A DNA stretch of 64,000 bases, from assembly GCA_964035545.1 (NCBI GenBank), contig OZ037767.1, positions 20,290,628 through 20,354,627 on the forward strand. Reading direction: 5' to 3'. The stretch is from Bugula neritina. Lineage: Eukaryota; Animalia; Bryozoa. The number at the start of each line of letters is the position of its first letter. The first letter of the stretch is position 1. Positions 37,035-51,821 of the stretch are shown piece after piece. Below the pieces are notes generated by a model. That model worked only from the letters and a program-made list of their open reading frames with translations, had not been told where the DNA came from and made no database searches. The translations under genes were made by a program, and so were the position numbers.

Positions 37035-39065
37035 ATGTCACTGAGGCCAAAGATGCTAGCGTCTAGGTAAGCATAAAATCAATCTATAATTGTTGTTACA
37101 TGCTAAAGACTCAAGAATTTGAATTGGAAATTTAATATCCTTGTGTTCAATATTTAAATGTTTCAAATAATTTTATTGGAAACAAAAATTGCCATTGAAA
37201 AACCAACTTTTTATAATGAGGTTGTAAAAGAATTGTCCATTCGTTTAATGCGATTTCTTTGTTGGTGTTTATGAGAGAATACTTATTAGTATGAACATTC
37301 ATATGTGTCAACGCCATTGTATAAGCGCATGTGTTTATAAGCACTCGTCTTGTGTGAAAACATGTGTAAGAACTCACTTGTCCTGTCAGTATGAAGACGA
37401 GCGCCACTGTGCAGTGCCAGAAATGCCAAGAGAAAGGTCACTGGACGTACGAATGCAAGAATGAGAGGAAGTACTTATACAGACCTTCACGCACCAAAGA
37501 AATGGAGAAAAATCTCAAACGGAAGCAGTTGCAGAAAGTGATGGATGCAAAGTGAGTGTTTTATTTGTTACCTGCCACTATACCTTGGTTTTAGTGGAAT
37601 AATGAAATATATTTAGAGTTGGAAAGTATATCCTCTTTTAATTCTTGAGGTAAAAAGTTGGGTTCTATAGCAGATAAATTGTCTTTCATATGAAATATCT
37701 CTATTTATTTTACTCTGATTTGTTGCAGGAAACAAAAACATTCTAGTAAAGATTCTCAAAAGAAGAGAAAGCGTAAAAGGTTTGTACTGTAACTGCCATA
37801 CAAATTATAGAGTACATAGAGTAGTGCTGGTAGTCTGTCTAGATTGGGTTTGGATTTGTTTTTCTATGCGCTGTATCTTGTTAATTGCTTCCTATTCGGG
37901 TTACAGTTGCAACAAATCTATAGTAGCTGTTGATGAGGGAACAGCTTGTGTCCCTCTCACCTGGTTACCTGACTCTCTCGGTGCCTGTAGACAGCTCAGC
38001 TGATGATGATATTGACAATGTTCCCCTTAAGTATTTTATTATTCAAGGAAAAATTACACAAAGCTACATGCCTCTCCCTTCTCTCTATGTAACTCCCCTC
38101 CAGCTATGTGACCCCCTCCCCATCCAGCTGCAAGGCTCTCAACTACATTATATGCTGCATGCTATCTCTTGGTTACTGATAAACATTTATCTGCTGAAAG
38201 ATCTGATCAACATGTTGCAGTCTTGAAGACATTATTTCTATTGGTTTCTGTGATTAGTTAATATCATGTAATTGGACAGACAGACAGTATAATGCTGAGT
38301 TCTTAAAACATTCCAGTCTCAGTTTGACAAATATAGGGATAAGTTTTTTTCCAAGCTTAAAATTGTATTGTCTAGCCCCGGCCTTAGTGGTATGAGTTTT
38401 GTGTTTTGTAGCCATTTAAAATATTAGTCTATACAGGTAATGGGTGTTGAATTTTCTTCATATACTCGAAACTACATTGAAATATAAATAGAAAAGCCTA
38501 TTACTATGGGAAACTGCTGATTGTTTACTCTGAATGTTCATATAAACACTTCATCAAATAACTTGCTAGCATCGTAAAATATGGCAGCTTTATTGTTATT
38601 CTCTATTTTAGTTGAAATTTCATGTTCTGGTTTCGGCCAAAGAAGACAACTCCCAATATGTTGGGACTAGTTTCCATAAAGTCTACAATAGTGCCCTTAT
38701 TAGCCAACAGCTTTATACTTGCTCATTCGGTTTTCAAGTCAATTCGAAGTTTGCAGAGCTACACTGTCACTATCTGACTGTGTATTCATTTAATTCAACT
38801 TCTAAGGCGTTGTCTTATTTCATTGTTCTAAAAGTTTTGTTTGTGGTCCCCACACAGTAGAAATGTCTCATAAAACTTGAAATTATTTAGGAGGTCCTCT
38901 TCAAGTAGCAGCAGCAGCAGCTCTTCAAGTAGTTCTTCAAGTCAGTCAGACTCCGGTGACTCTAGCAGCTCCTCTGACTCAAGTAGTGCTGGCTCTTCCT
39001 CAAGTACTGACTCGAGTAGTTCAAGTAGTGAAGATGAAAGTCCCAAGAAGAAGCGCAAGAGATAG
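37035..39065 (+). CDS. ZCCHC10: Zinc finger CCHC domain-containing protein 10-like (zinc knuckle plus Ser-rich tail), ~139 aa
   Basis: Exons 37035-37066, 37390-37551 ([32 protein letters not shown]), 37729-37779 and 38891-39065 (poly-Ser, PKKKRKR). Total 420 nt, in frame. Confidence 0.88.
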
Positions 39066-40015
39066 AGACCTCTACTCAATATTATTGTACATATTCAGCC
39101 TGCATGGACACTTTCTCAGTCTTATTTATTGTTTAATACAATTTCACTTGAATGCCCACAACATGCACTACTCTATGTCATACGATCTTAAGACATTTTG
39201 TATCATAACTATTTGTTAAATTGTTTTATTGGAAAAACTGATTTTTATTAATAAAATGTTTTAAATATGCAAATGATTTTTGTGTTAACCAAATCTTATG
39301 TTGTATTAAAGAAATTAAACTAACAACTAGTTTTATATTGAGACGCAGGTTGAAGTTGGTGATAGTCAACTAATTTGTAGCACAGCTGCTACTGTTTGTA
39401 AGCCTTTAAATTTCTCAACAAAATATATTGAGCCAATGCATTGAATATTTACAGTATAAAAATATTTTCACGTCCGCTTGAGGTTAAAAAGCTCTTAACT
39501 TCAACCATTTATATATGAAATACACTTATTACATTAAAGAAAATAATTCCTAAGTATATCTGTAAAGATAGTGCATAAAAAACAATAGTTGTCCACATTG
39601 CTCTAAGTAAGCTAGATTCAAAACAAAATTATTATATTATATTTATTTTGAGTGCATAGAAATATTATATATATACTCAGTATGTGTGTAGTATATCAAA
39701 TTTACCTCCAAAGTGAAACTAATAAATTCACTTCTACAGCTGAACTGAAGTTACCTATGGATTTCTTTTATAGTTACAGAGACTTTATTCTAGAAAATTA
39801 TAATTATAGAACGTTAATTATTTTTATAGAAATCACCAGCTGGTTTGTGAGCATATATTCTATATTAGGTACAGAAATATTAGTAAAATATATCATTTCA
39901 GTGACTGTGAACTGCAGCTGCTATAAGAACAGTGTAAAGCAATAGAAAATTTAGCAACAGTAGTGGAGACGCCATACAATATTTGCTCCAACAGTGACAT
40001 ATTTTTGAGAAACTG

Positions 40016-41599
40016 TCAGACAAAAGTTGCTTCTATGTCTTTTACCACGTCTACTTTTTTGCGATTAGAATGTTTCACCAACTTGCTGTTAGTTGTCGCT
40101 GGAACTGGTTGGCGAATGGCCTGCTGTTGAGGTGGCTCATCTCTCAGGCTAGCAGCAAAGTTTTCCAGAGAATGTATTCGCTTAGTCTTGCGCCCGAAAG
40201 TCCAATTAGTATTGTTGTCGTAGCTGCCGTCATTACCACTTTGTTTAGTGTCAGTGTCTATGATGTCATTAAATATCGGAGTATTATTGAACGTGACTGT
40301 GTGGCCACTGGACCCACTATGTCTCTGCTCCTGTTCGGGCTCGTCTGGTATGTGATTGAGACTGGTAACAAAGTTATGAGAAGTTATCTCACTGGTTTTA
40401 TCCTTAAATAGGCTCATCCCGCTAGCCGGTATCAGATATGAGTCCACTTTAGGGAGAGAAGGTTTCTCTTTGCTCCTCTCTATTGGTGGGCTCTGCGGTG
40501 GGTGGTCCCTGTGGGTGGCCCGTGTTGGTAGCTCAGGTAGTGGTTTATTAACAGAAGAAAAGGAGTACAGCCTTGATCTGAACCCTGGTGGCGGAAGGCT
40601 GTTAAAGTTCGCCATATCATCAAAAGAATTTCTATTTGGGGTTTCAATGTCAAATGCTATTGAGTTTTTTCTTAACTGCTTATGACTTGGCAATCGTTTG
40701 GGGAGTGATTTTGAGTTATAGGGCTTTATCAGCGTGTTGTGGTTGGAAGGAATGGGAAATAGTTGTGTGGTGGAGGTTGAAGGTAAGCTCTTACTTACTT
40801 TTTTGACTCGGTTCTCTCTTGCATACAGAACGCTTAGAATAAGGATTATCAACAATAATGGTAGGCCAACAGCTGCTCCTATTACTAGAAATAAAACACT
40901 TTGTGTGAATAGGTTGAAACATTTTTATCCCATTGACCAATTAAAACAACAAATATTATGCATTATATTTGACATAAATACAACAATTTCCACTCTTATA
41001 TGATTATCTATACTATGTTGTTATGACCATAATGATGTCATCTGAACTTACAAATTTCTTTCTGAATATAGCAATCGGGAAAATCTGAGATCTTGTTGCC
41101 AAGTTCGGTCCACAAAAGTGACCCATCAGTTTTTATTGCACAGGAAACTGACCCATTCTTAGAGCCATCTTCTCTAACATAACCAGCTCTGCATTTAAAA
41201 GTGTAGATCAGCTCGTCGTTGTGACCAACGTGAGAAAGCTGGTACCGAGAATTTCTAGCTGTCGGCAAGTAGCACAGCTCACCTGGAAGTCACGAGTACA
41301 CCATATTGAATTACAGTACACAATGGGTCAAAGTGGTTTTCTTAAGTTACCATATTATACAGATAATAATCTAAGTACCTTATTATAAGCCAAACACATG
41401 CATCATCTAAATCTTGCATAAGAAACAAAAAATAAAACATTAAATTTTAAATAATCTGATACTAGGATAAGCACAACACTGAAGAATACTCACGACAAAA
41501 TCGTGGTCAGTGTAAATAAAGTAAATGTATTCTACCTTCTATTTTGTTGGTGAAATCTGCGCCTGTTGTTGAATTGTTTGAGACTTCACTGGTAGACAT
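40016..41599 (-). CDS. Single sushi/CCP-domain transmembrane protein A with long disordered cytoplasmic tail (~387 aa)
   Basis: Exons 41599-41536 (tentative first exon), 41282-41052 (4-Cys sushi pattern: CYLPTARN...FKCRAGY...SCAIKTDGSLLW...FPDC) and 40884-40016 (TM IGAAVGLPLLLIILILSVLY, then tail ending IEATFV). Both introns are phase 1. Confidence 0.75.
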
Positions 41600-42951
41600 T
41601 TTGATAGTCAGTAGAAATCTATTGCTATCATTTTTAAAATAGATTCACCTGTCTAACAGTTTGAGTGCCAATGGCTAGCTCTGAGCTCTATAATGAGGTT
41701 TTGCTAGTGAATGATTTACTTGTTGAGAGTAAATTTCATAGTCTCCCCGAATGCTATTGGCTAACGAGCACTATTCATGAACACAACCTGTGTCAACACC
41801 AAGAAGGAAGTTAAGGTGCTTAACGTGATTATATAACTATAGTAAATTCAGTAGCTTAGACCTGATTCACTCTCATTCAGAGTTTGAATAAAAAGTTCGA
41901 TTTGAATGCACGTCTTACCTATTAACCATTGTCATGTTTAAAAACTAGTGAGTTTGATTATTGGACCATACTAAAAGGCCTGATTTGTGTAAACATGTAT
42001 TATTATGCTCCTCAATAGGAATAATTTTATAGTTAGAACTCAATTTGACCTACTAAAGTATAGTAACTGCACTAATTACGGATGTAACTACATTTGTAGC
42101 TTGAAACAGAAATGTTGTCTGAACATATACACCTGTGAATACATATTAAACCATTCTTGTGTTAAAGGTATAATGTTGACGTATATTCATGAGTTATTTA
42201 TGAAAGTGGAGACATATTACTGCAAGTTTGTAGCGCACGTTTATAAGCCAAATGGACTTATCGGATGTATTTTAGCTGAGCCTAGCAATAGCCAGTAGCA
42301 CATAAGCTAAAGAGAATGGTAGTGCTATTGTGTTATTATAGAACATGTCAAGGTCAATCAGCAGCAACTACATGCTGACCACATGTTGATAAGTGACATG
42401 GTACTCTACGTGTTCTACCTGATACAAGCACAATTTGTTTTGTATTTTTATTTTTAATAAAATAAGAATATTAAGGACAAGATTTGAAGGCATATCAAAC
42501 TAATACTCTTTATTTACAGGTTGCTTAGATATGACTTCACATAAATATCAACAGTTAAAAATAGCGCAAATATTATATTAAACACTAGCTGTCTCAATAT
42601 ACGATATTTTGTTCAAGATTTATATATCAAAACATTAAAGCATTATAGAGATGCCCAGCCTTTCATAAATGCTTCATAGCTTTATGCACAGGATCACCAG
42701 CTTTGTCAAAAAACTTTCTTATTCTCATTTATGAGGCAATGTAACTATGTTTGTGTGATAAAAGCGCCCATATACTTGGTTATAGAATTATTTTGTTAAG
42801 TATATTGTTACATACACTACATCTCAGCCAGATACAAGCAGCTCAGCATTAGATTGGATATTTTTGTTAAAAACCGAAGGCTATATTGAAGTGGTTTGAG
42901 AAGCTTCCAGTTTCAAGAATTGCTAAATTTTTGCTGTTTCCCATGGAATTG

Positions 42952-43461
42952 CTAGCTGAACTTTGACCTCTGAGCTCTTGGTAGCCTTTCATTTTTACTT
43001 TGTTGGTGTAGAGGATCTGGCAGTGAGGACTGTACTTTTGGTGCATATGTTGCGAGACCGCGCTGGGATCTGGTACTCTGTGGCGAGTGACCCGTGATGA
43101 TGATGTCCGGAGGTGGTAGCCTACCACCACTCTCGCTCTCAAACTCTTTTGTGTCAGCTGTAGAATACTCGTCTTCTCTATCTGGGTCAGAATACTTATG
43201 AGCTGAGGATATGGAGCTGATCTGATTGGCTAAGAGTTGAGACTCTCTGGTGTACCTCAGCACGCTCTCATTGCTTACTGACCCTCGAGACCTGTGAGGG
43301 AACTCTTTCTCGTGTTGTCTGTTTTTGCGTCTCAGTCTCAGGTATAGAATCAACATGATGATGGCGACTATAACCAGAGGTACTCCAACACCCAACCCTA
43401 TAACTACATGTGGAACAATAGTTAGTATTTCATTGTTAGTTAAGATCTCTCTATCTATCTG

Positions 43462-43497
<36 letters not shown>

Positions 43498-43583
43498 CCT
43501 ATCTTTCTTTCTGTCTATCTATCTATCTATCTATCTTTCTATCTATCTATATCTATCTATCTATCTATCTATCTACCTATTTG

Positions 43584-43622
<39 letters not shown>

Positions 43623-44666
43623 GTCTATCTATCTATCTATCTATTTATCTATCCATCTATCTATCTATTTATTTATCTGTCTAACTATCTGTCTAACTAT
43701 CTAACTATCTATCTATCTAACTATCTATCTATCTATCTATAACCACCTATATATTTCTCTTAGCCATTAGGCTAAGTAGTTTTGTTATATTTAGCATGAC
43801 AAAGAGCTTTTTTAATAGTAAAAAATTATGGCACTGTACCTAGAAGTGCACTGAGCTCTACCATTTATAACGGCAAAGTTATTGATCTCTTTACTCACTG
43901 ATTTCTTGCATAAAAGTGCATTCTGGGAGATCTTCTTCAAACTGAATCTTGCCATTGACTTCAAAGCAAACCAGCCGCCCTTTGTCTGATCCGATTCTGT
44001 TGGTGAACCCAGGCAGGCACTCGTATCCCAGCAGATGTCTACCTGGTTCAATATCGTATATGTCTCTAATCTTCCCATTCTTCAGTGTGTACTCTGAGCA
44101 GTATTCACCAAACCTAATATCTGTCACTATGAAAAGAGCTAATAAAATTACACTCACGAGCAACAATATTAATGACAAGTTTTTTGCAAAGAGTTTGGAA
44201 CATACACATAGAAACAGTACTCTACTGAACTTAGGATAACAAGCAGTTGCCTTCTCCTAATCCAGAGCTCAACATATGCTCTACCAAACAGACTTTCATA
44301 TCATCTTAAAGCGTTACAGTCCACATAACACTGATTGTATATATAATATTTTTTAAATTACTGTAGAGATAATAATCTATGTGGTAGTATTCTAATAGGC
44401 TATGCAGAGCTTAGGAATGAGTTGAATACAACGGTGACTAATATCTTCGACGTAGTATAACATATATAATAAAATTATGCTCTCAGCTATCATTTTAATT
44501 TCTACTACACAATATAATAGCTGTTCTAATCAACAAGAGACAGAAATGTGTTATGAGTAAACTTAAATGGAAACGCTAGGGTACTTTATACTACAAATTA
44601 ACTTATAGCTCTTAATTCCTTTTGTTAATACTTACCAATTTCGATTTCTGTTTTAGTGGACTGCAT
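42952..44666 (-). CDS. Single sushi/CCP-domain transmembrane protein B, tandem paralog of A (~236 aa)
   Basis: Exons 44666-44636 (tentative, [10 protein letters not shown]), ~44126-43899 (CSEYTLKNG...YECLPGF...VCFEVNG...LPEC..QEI) and 43403-42952 ([22 protein letters not shown] then RLRRK). Exon structure and phases are the same as gene A. Confidence 0.72.
43450..43740 (+). repeat. (CTAT)n microsatellite in the intron of sushi-TM gene B
   Basis: Read directly. Confidence 0.95.
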
Positions 44667-45909
44667 AGTTTTATTTACACGGATGTAAAACTCAAAGCAC
44701 TATCAGATATTGACTCTAATGTTGATATATTGCGGGTTTTTACTTAGGTCTTTTTGTAGCAGCTAGTGTACACAGTGTACAGTGTGCTGTGTCTAAACCT
44801 CTATGTATAGTGTAAGTCTTATTTGTGTAATCTGAATGACCTATTGTACAAACTTAGCTCAGTTCCTTTCATCAAACTAGTGAATAGTAAGACTCATTAC
44901 CATTGCCTTTCTCATCAGTAGATATTCAGTGAAAATTTACAACTACATTATGAATCTACAGATTGTCATACAAAGGAGTTGTGTCCCCTATAGCACTTGG
45001 CAAAACAATAATATAATTATATTTATAATTATATTTATAATTATATTCAAGTCTAACCTTTATGAAACAATTATATTTTGAAAGAAAATGATGCCGTGAC
45101 AATCACAAACCTTTCAAGTAAGCTCTAGTATACTTAAATAAAAGTACCGCCTTGGTAAATTGCTGCCACGTGTATCACTGATATAATACTCTTCGTTTAA
45201 AGATCTCCTATAAACAAAAGTATCAGTCAAGAATATACAAAACATGAGCTATAGAGATAAGGGTGGGCAACATAAACACACGGTGTGTGCAATCAACAAA
45301 GAAAGTACACTTCAAACTTTATGCTTGACTAACTTTATTTTTCATACTTGTACGACTATTGATTACCTTTTTGTAGATGTTCTGTTATATTCTAATACAT
45401 TATATCATTCTATTTTATATCATAATATTTTATATTTTATTTAATTGATAAACAATTTAATGGAATAGTAAGAATACAAAATATAGCTTATATTACTACA
45501 ATGAACATTTGAAGTTTGAAAAAAATTTATTTACTTTTGTTTACAAAACCTTAACTTAAATAACTTTGCTAGACGAACAGACCTCCAGTTGTAGAGAGTG
45601 CAATCTGTATATCACTCTGAGAGTTGTCCTCTCTCAGAAACATCATTGAGAGACAACTCCATTACTCAGCAAGTCACACAAGCATATAAAGTACTTATAT
45701 TTGTTGTATGTTAAAAGCACTTTACATAAATTATACTTGAATATAGAAATTTCTAACTTGAGTAACTTTGACAACATGCACCCCAGTTTTGGTTTACAAA
45801 TATTCTAAAGATAACATATAAAAATAAAAGTTTAAAAAATAACTCAATATAAACATAATATAACTATAGAGATGAACTTAGCATATTTTGCCTGCAGGTA
45901 ATTACAAAT

Positions 45910-48900
45910 TTACAGAATTGTACAGCTTTTCTTTCGCTTCTTTTGTTTTACTGTTTCAAGTTTCCGATCGTTTTCATGAAACTTTTTTATCAGCCTGGCC
46001 ACGTCAAAGTAAGCTTGTTCCACGTGTAGACCACTCTTGGCACTAGCTTCTACATAGTGCAGCCTCAGCTCCAGGGCAAGGGCTCTACCTTGATCACCTC
46101 TCACCTAAATCACACCAACAAGTGTACATTTCTCATACTAACGAGTCTAACACTTTATGATCTAAAGTCTATGTTTAAAATGTAATTTTGTCTTTAAAAG
46201 ATTTGACGAACATTTTTTTTAAATTTTAAATTTTTCAAGTTTTTAGTTACTGTGAATTGCAGTGTTTGTTACGTTAAAATTTAAATATTAATGTTTCAAA
46301 ACTCAGGTGTAGGAAAGCTGTAGGCTGTGTAGCCTGAGGTCTATACACTCACAGCTCTATAATCACCGGGTAGGTCACATTTGTTGCCAACCAACACCAT
46401 TGGAGTATTGTCTCTATCCTTCACTCTCAGTATCTGTTTGTGGAAGGATCTCACCAAGTTTAAACTGTAATAAAGTCATGAAGTATATGGGAAAAGTACA
46501 TGCAAACATGTTAGATGTAAATATAATTATACATATGATAATAAATATTATAGTAACTTTTATGCACAAATACAGCTATAGTATTTTTATATTTTATATT
46601 AATTATATACTATAGTGCTAAAATTTTATATATATTTATTAATTTCTACTATATCAGTGATTTAAAAGCTGGTTTTCTAGCCTAATGGCCAAGTTTTACA
46701 TGTACAGAATAATAGCATAATTTTAACAGCGATGAAATGCCCGTTTTCGTTCAACAGCTAGATGTGTTTTGTTGGAGTTGTCTGCACTAAGAATGTGACC
46801 CACAGTTGGAATTATCTACTTGGTAAAATGCCTTCAGTATTCCAAGTATTCAGTGTTTAAACAATAGTAAAGAGTAAGTACCATGAAGTACTTTGTAATG
46901 CTGTCATAACATTTTGTTAGATTGCTTGAAGAGTTTAACTCTAACTTGATGATGGCAGCAAGAGTATCAAAATAATATAATTGCTTCTGTGCACCACAGT
47001 ATACACTTTCTCTAGGGGGGAGGGGGGTGGCTCTTATAGCAATGGTGACTTTAAGATGGATACATGAATTTTTACAGTAATATGTACTAATACCATAATA
47101 ATATTTTTGGTAAATCTGTTGAATTATATTTGATTACATAAAAAGCAGGTATTTTAGCAAGGTTTCCTCCCCTCCTCCCCCTTATTAAATATAATTAATT
47201 TCTTTCACTCCAGAAGCTGTTAGATTGCAATGCACATAATTTGCCAGTGACACTGACAGTGCCCTGTTCTAGCATCATATCCTGTGAGAGTCACCAGTTT
47301 GAGTCATCACTATGAGTCACTACTATGAGTCATTACTATGAGTCACTACTATGAGTCACCACACATTAATTATAATCCCACCAACCTGTGTCTGTCTGAG
47401 AAGGAAAAGACTAGAAGGAATCCATCAGAAGACTTGATGAATGTATCTCTTATTGCATGGAATTCTTCCTGACCTGCTGTGTCTAGCACTATACGAGATA
47501 TATACAAGAGATATACGAGAAATATACAAGAGATATACATGAGATATACATGAGATATACATGAGATATACGAGAGATATACATTAGATATACATAAAGC
47601 ATACATGGCATATACAAATTGTTTACACTACTATCTGCAGTATTTAATGTGAACATGTATCTGTAATAAATATATTATATAAATCTAACTAACAATTGTT
47701 ACCTGCTAACACTGCATAGTCCTCATCAACCCACACTAGCATTGCATTGTTATGCTCATAATTTTCAAAACATATCAGTTCATTTTCCCATTTTCAACAA
47801 GATAGTTTAGTTTAAATAATACTTCATACTTGTAATACTTGTATTACTGGTCAGTTATAGATGAATATTTCGTAATATATCCCATGTATATTACTATACA
47901 CAAGTACATTTACAAATACAGCATATAAAAATGGTTATAGACACAGTCTATAGATACAGCTTGTAGACTATAAATATAGTCTATAAATTAGCCATGTGAC
48001 AGATGATACAAGGTTATAGCCACTTGTATATACAATAATTTACTCCATGGGTTTAGTTACATAGTGTTACATAAGATATAGTGTGTAGCAGAGTAACCCC
48101 TGCACTATTTATGTTGCTGCCTCTATTTAATTCTCCTAACAGGACACATGTTTGTAAGTTAAACCCTGGAGAAGTTAGCTAATTAAATGTCTGTAAGCAC
48201 TTAATTCACACCAACCTTGTCAACTCTCTGTTTACTTTAAAAAATTTTTGCTGCAAGCTGAGGAATAAACACAGTAACTAGTCTTAAATTGATTTCCTTA
48301 TAAATAACTTCTAAACTAATTGTTAACTGGTGCATTGACACTCTAATGTAGATCATATTATATCAGAATATTCAACTTTGTTATCTATTAGGTGCTCACA
48401 AACCTGTTTCACATCAATGACTAGCCAATTAAGCTATCAATTTGTTTGACCAAGGCGTTTTTATACACTAATAAAAGTTTTTAAAACTGTAAACATTGAA
48501 TAACAAGCCCAGAGTATGTTACGAGTAGTCACTAGAATATACAATGTTCACTTTAATAATAAAGTATTATGAAAATAGAGAGTTGTCTTCCTTTTTAACT
48601 TACCACACAGCTTGCACTGTTGCCCGTCTATTGTACAGACTTTAGCATAGCTGTCTTCTATCGTCGGATCATATTCGTTGACAAAGTAACCCTGGAACAG
48701 TTAATAATAAGTTTACTATAAAACTATATAATTTCTTGCATAAAACATTGTGTTTTACTGGGCTCGATGAAATTGAGACTTGGGGTATATATACGAGTAT
48801 ATACATGTGTGCGCACGTGCGTGCGCGCGTGCGCACATGTAAATTACAAAACAACAAAGTAAGTAAATTTATTCAGCATATAAATACAGAAAGTTCATCG

Positions 48901-51790
48901 CTAAATACAACTTAGATGCATCAGTATAGCCTGCACTGTGTTTTATATACAAAAACATGGATATTCCCTGCATTCACTGGATTGCATTCCTATTAAGTAA
49001 CTCACTCCAATCATAAGAACTTCTTTCATCATTAACTGGTTCTTATAAATAGTTAAGCTTGATATTTTATGTTATTATAATTCTCTAAGAATGATTTTTT
49101 GCAATTTCATTGCATTCATTGTTTATAAAATATACTTGGACAAAAAGTAATAAATAAGATGCTTAGAGGTATTAATAAACTATGATTTATGTAGAAAGTA
49201 TAAAATTATTATATAGGTAACATTAAACACTTTAGCAGGTGATCTAAATGTACAATTTATCTGTGAGTTGATATAAGATTATGAGGAGATTATACAATAG
49301 CATCATATAATAGATATCGGTTACACTGATTGTAGCTGGTCCCAAGAGTAATAACTAAAATATTGACATTTACTATTTATGTTCTACTAAAATACTTCTC
49401 ACAGTGCTGAGATGGTCTTAGCTCAAGGAGATGGAGAAATACTGTATGATCTATGAATTATACAATATTCATACTTGGCTTTACTAATGTTATAAGGATA
49501 TCAGTACTTGACTATAGCTTAACATGGTTATGACTTCATGTACCTAACCATTGTCTTTTAATTTATATAAGATATGTATATTATATTTACAGGTCGGTGC
49601 AGAAATAAAGATTAATTTTCAACAATTACATAAAATATGTCTATCTACACTCTATACTCTATACTTTACTCTCTACACTCTATACTCTCTACACTCTATA
49701 CTCTATACTCTATACTTTCTACACTCTATACTCTATACTCTATACTTTCTACACTCTATACTCTATACTCTATAATCTATACTCTACACTCTATACTCTA
49801 TACTTTCTACACTCTATACTCTATACTCTATACTCTACACTCTACACTCTACACTCTATACTCTATACTCTATACCCTATACTCTATAATTTACACTCTA
49901 TACTCTATACTTTACTCTCTACACTCTATACTCTATACTCTATACTTTACTCTATACACTCTATAATCTATCCTCCACACTATGCACTCTATACTCTATT
50001 CTCTACGTTATGAGAGGAGAGGGGAGGAGAGGGGGGAGGAGGAGGGGGGGGTTCAAACTGAGTTTGTAGGAGAAGATTGAAAGTGAATCACTTGCATTTC
50101 AACTTGTAAGTAATTAGCAGCTATCCTAAATCATTACATTTTTAGGATTTTGGTCTATTATATATGGGAAACACAGGCTAAGTTGTGTAGTAAACAAGGA
50201 TCTGATTGAAAAATTTATAAACAGTGCAATGTTTATGTTTCCACATGTTTTTGCTACCAGTTAGTTACTAATTATCAATTAGTCCATTGTCAACAGTTCA
50301 TTGAATGAATGAAATTAATTTAACTGATTACACATTCAGCATGTGTGAAACTTGCCTATTGAAATAAACACCAACTGCTGTTTTATGGTGCAATAATGCT
50401 CTACATTTTATACTTATTTATAAAAAGATAAAGCTTAGGTGCTGGCAATAAACAGCCTAAGTTCTGTATTTCATCACAATAGCAGTTGGAGATTTACCCT
50501 GGAAGTTGTCGCCACATTGTCAAAGCTTCTGCCATTTAGAATAGATTATTACACTATCTGTATATACACTGCTGCTGTCGTTGCTGTTGGGATGCTCAAA
50601 TGCCGGAATAGAATATCATGAGTATAAGTTGAATAATATGAAAATATTTTGAACCTATAACCATATTTCTTACTGTAGATTTAGTGAAATTGAGTTTGAA
50701 GCTCCAACTAATGCTAGAGCCATTTGATAATACTAATGCTCCAATTCTGCACCCACAGAAAGGAAAGTATGGGGGCCCCTCTGTATGCACATCTAACAAA
50801 TGCCAGCAAATGGTGTTAATAATATTACGTAGTTGTGCTAGAAACATATTTTTTATTTATTCTTTCAGCAAAGGTTTGCGGTGCCTTCAGAGAAACACTC
50901 AATATGTATTGTAAATCAAATTTTGCTGTATATACAAAACATAACACTGCTTTAATCTCAAAATGGTAAAACCACTTGCTGGATTGTTACTAATAGACAA
51001 AGTTTATCTCAACAGTCTAAGTAAACACGCAAATTTTCGTGTAGTATTTTCATCTTGAATTAGGCCAGATGTGTTTTTCTCCAGGATCCAATTTTCAGCA
51101 AGCATTGCATAAAACCGTGAGGGTTGTCAACAGACTGCAAGAATTTTAAGAATAGTGTAGCAGCTTAATTAGAGCGCTGCCCTAGTAAACAAGAGGTCAG
51201 CGGTTGAGTCTAAACGCGCGGAATGTTAGGAAGAACATTCAGTCATAATTGCTCCTGAGCCACATCGAAAAAGTCCTTAGCCGCTTTAAAAAAACCTTTC
51301 AATCAGGGGTTTCTCACAAGAAGTGTTTAGCTGTTTGATTCCAGAAACAAACTTTCTCAGTTGGCGACTTTTACAGCCACTGAGTCAGTAGAGGTAGAGT
51401 CAGCAGAGCAGCACTGCTGACTGTAGGTAATGGTTTCATGGTTTCATAGATTATGAAGAGTGTATATTAGTGATTGTATCATCAGGAGACTTAGTAGTAT
51501 ATATAACTTTAGTACTGTATAGGTTTAGTACAGTATAACTTTAGTACAGTATAACTTTAGTACTGTATAACTTTAGTACAGTATAACTTTAGTACAGTAT
51601 AACTTTAGTACTGTAAAAATTTGATACAGAGAACTTCTGGTGACATAACTTTAATTATAGTAAATACTAGTCTCTTTGTTCTACCAGTGCAGGTACTTTT
51701 GTTGCACTAAAAAGCAAACAATTACTACTACTAAACAAATAAAATGACTCATTTAAATGACTATCAGGCTGAGGAAATGGCGAGATATCG

Positions 51791-51821
<31 letters not shown>

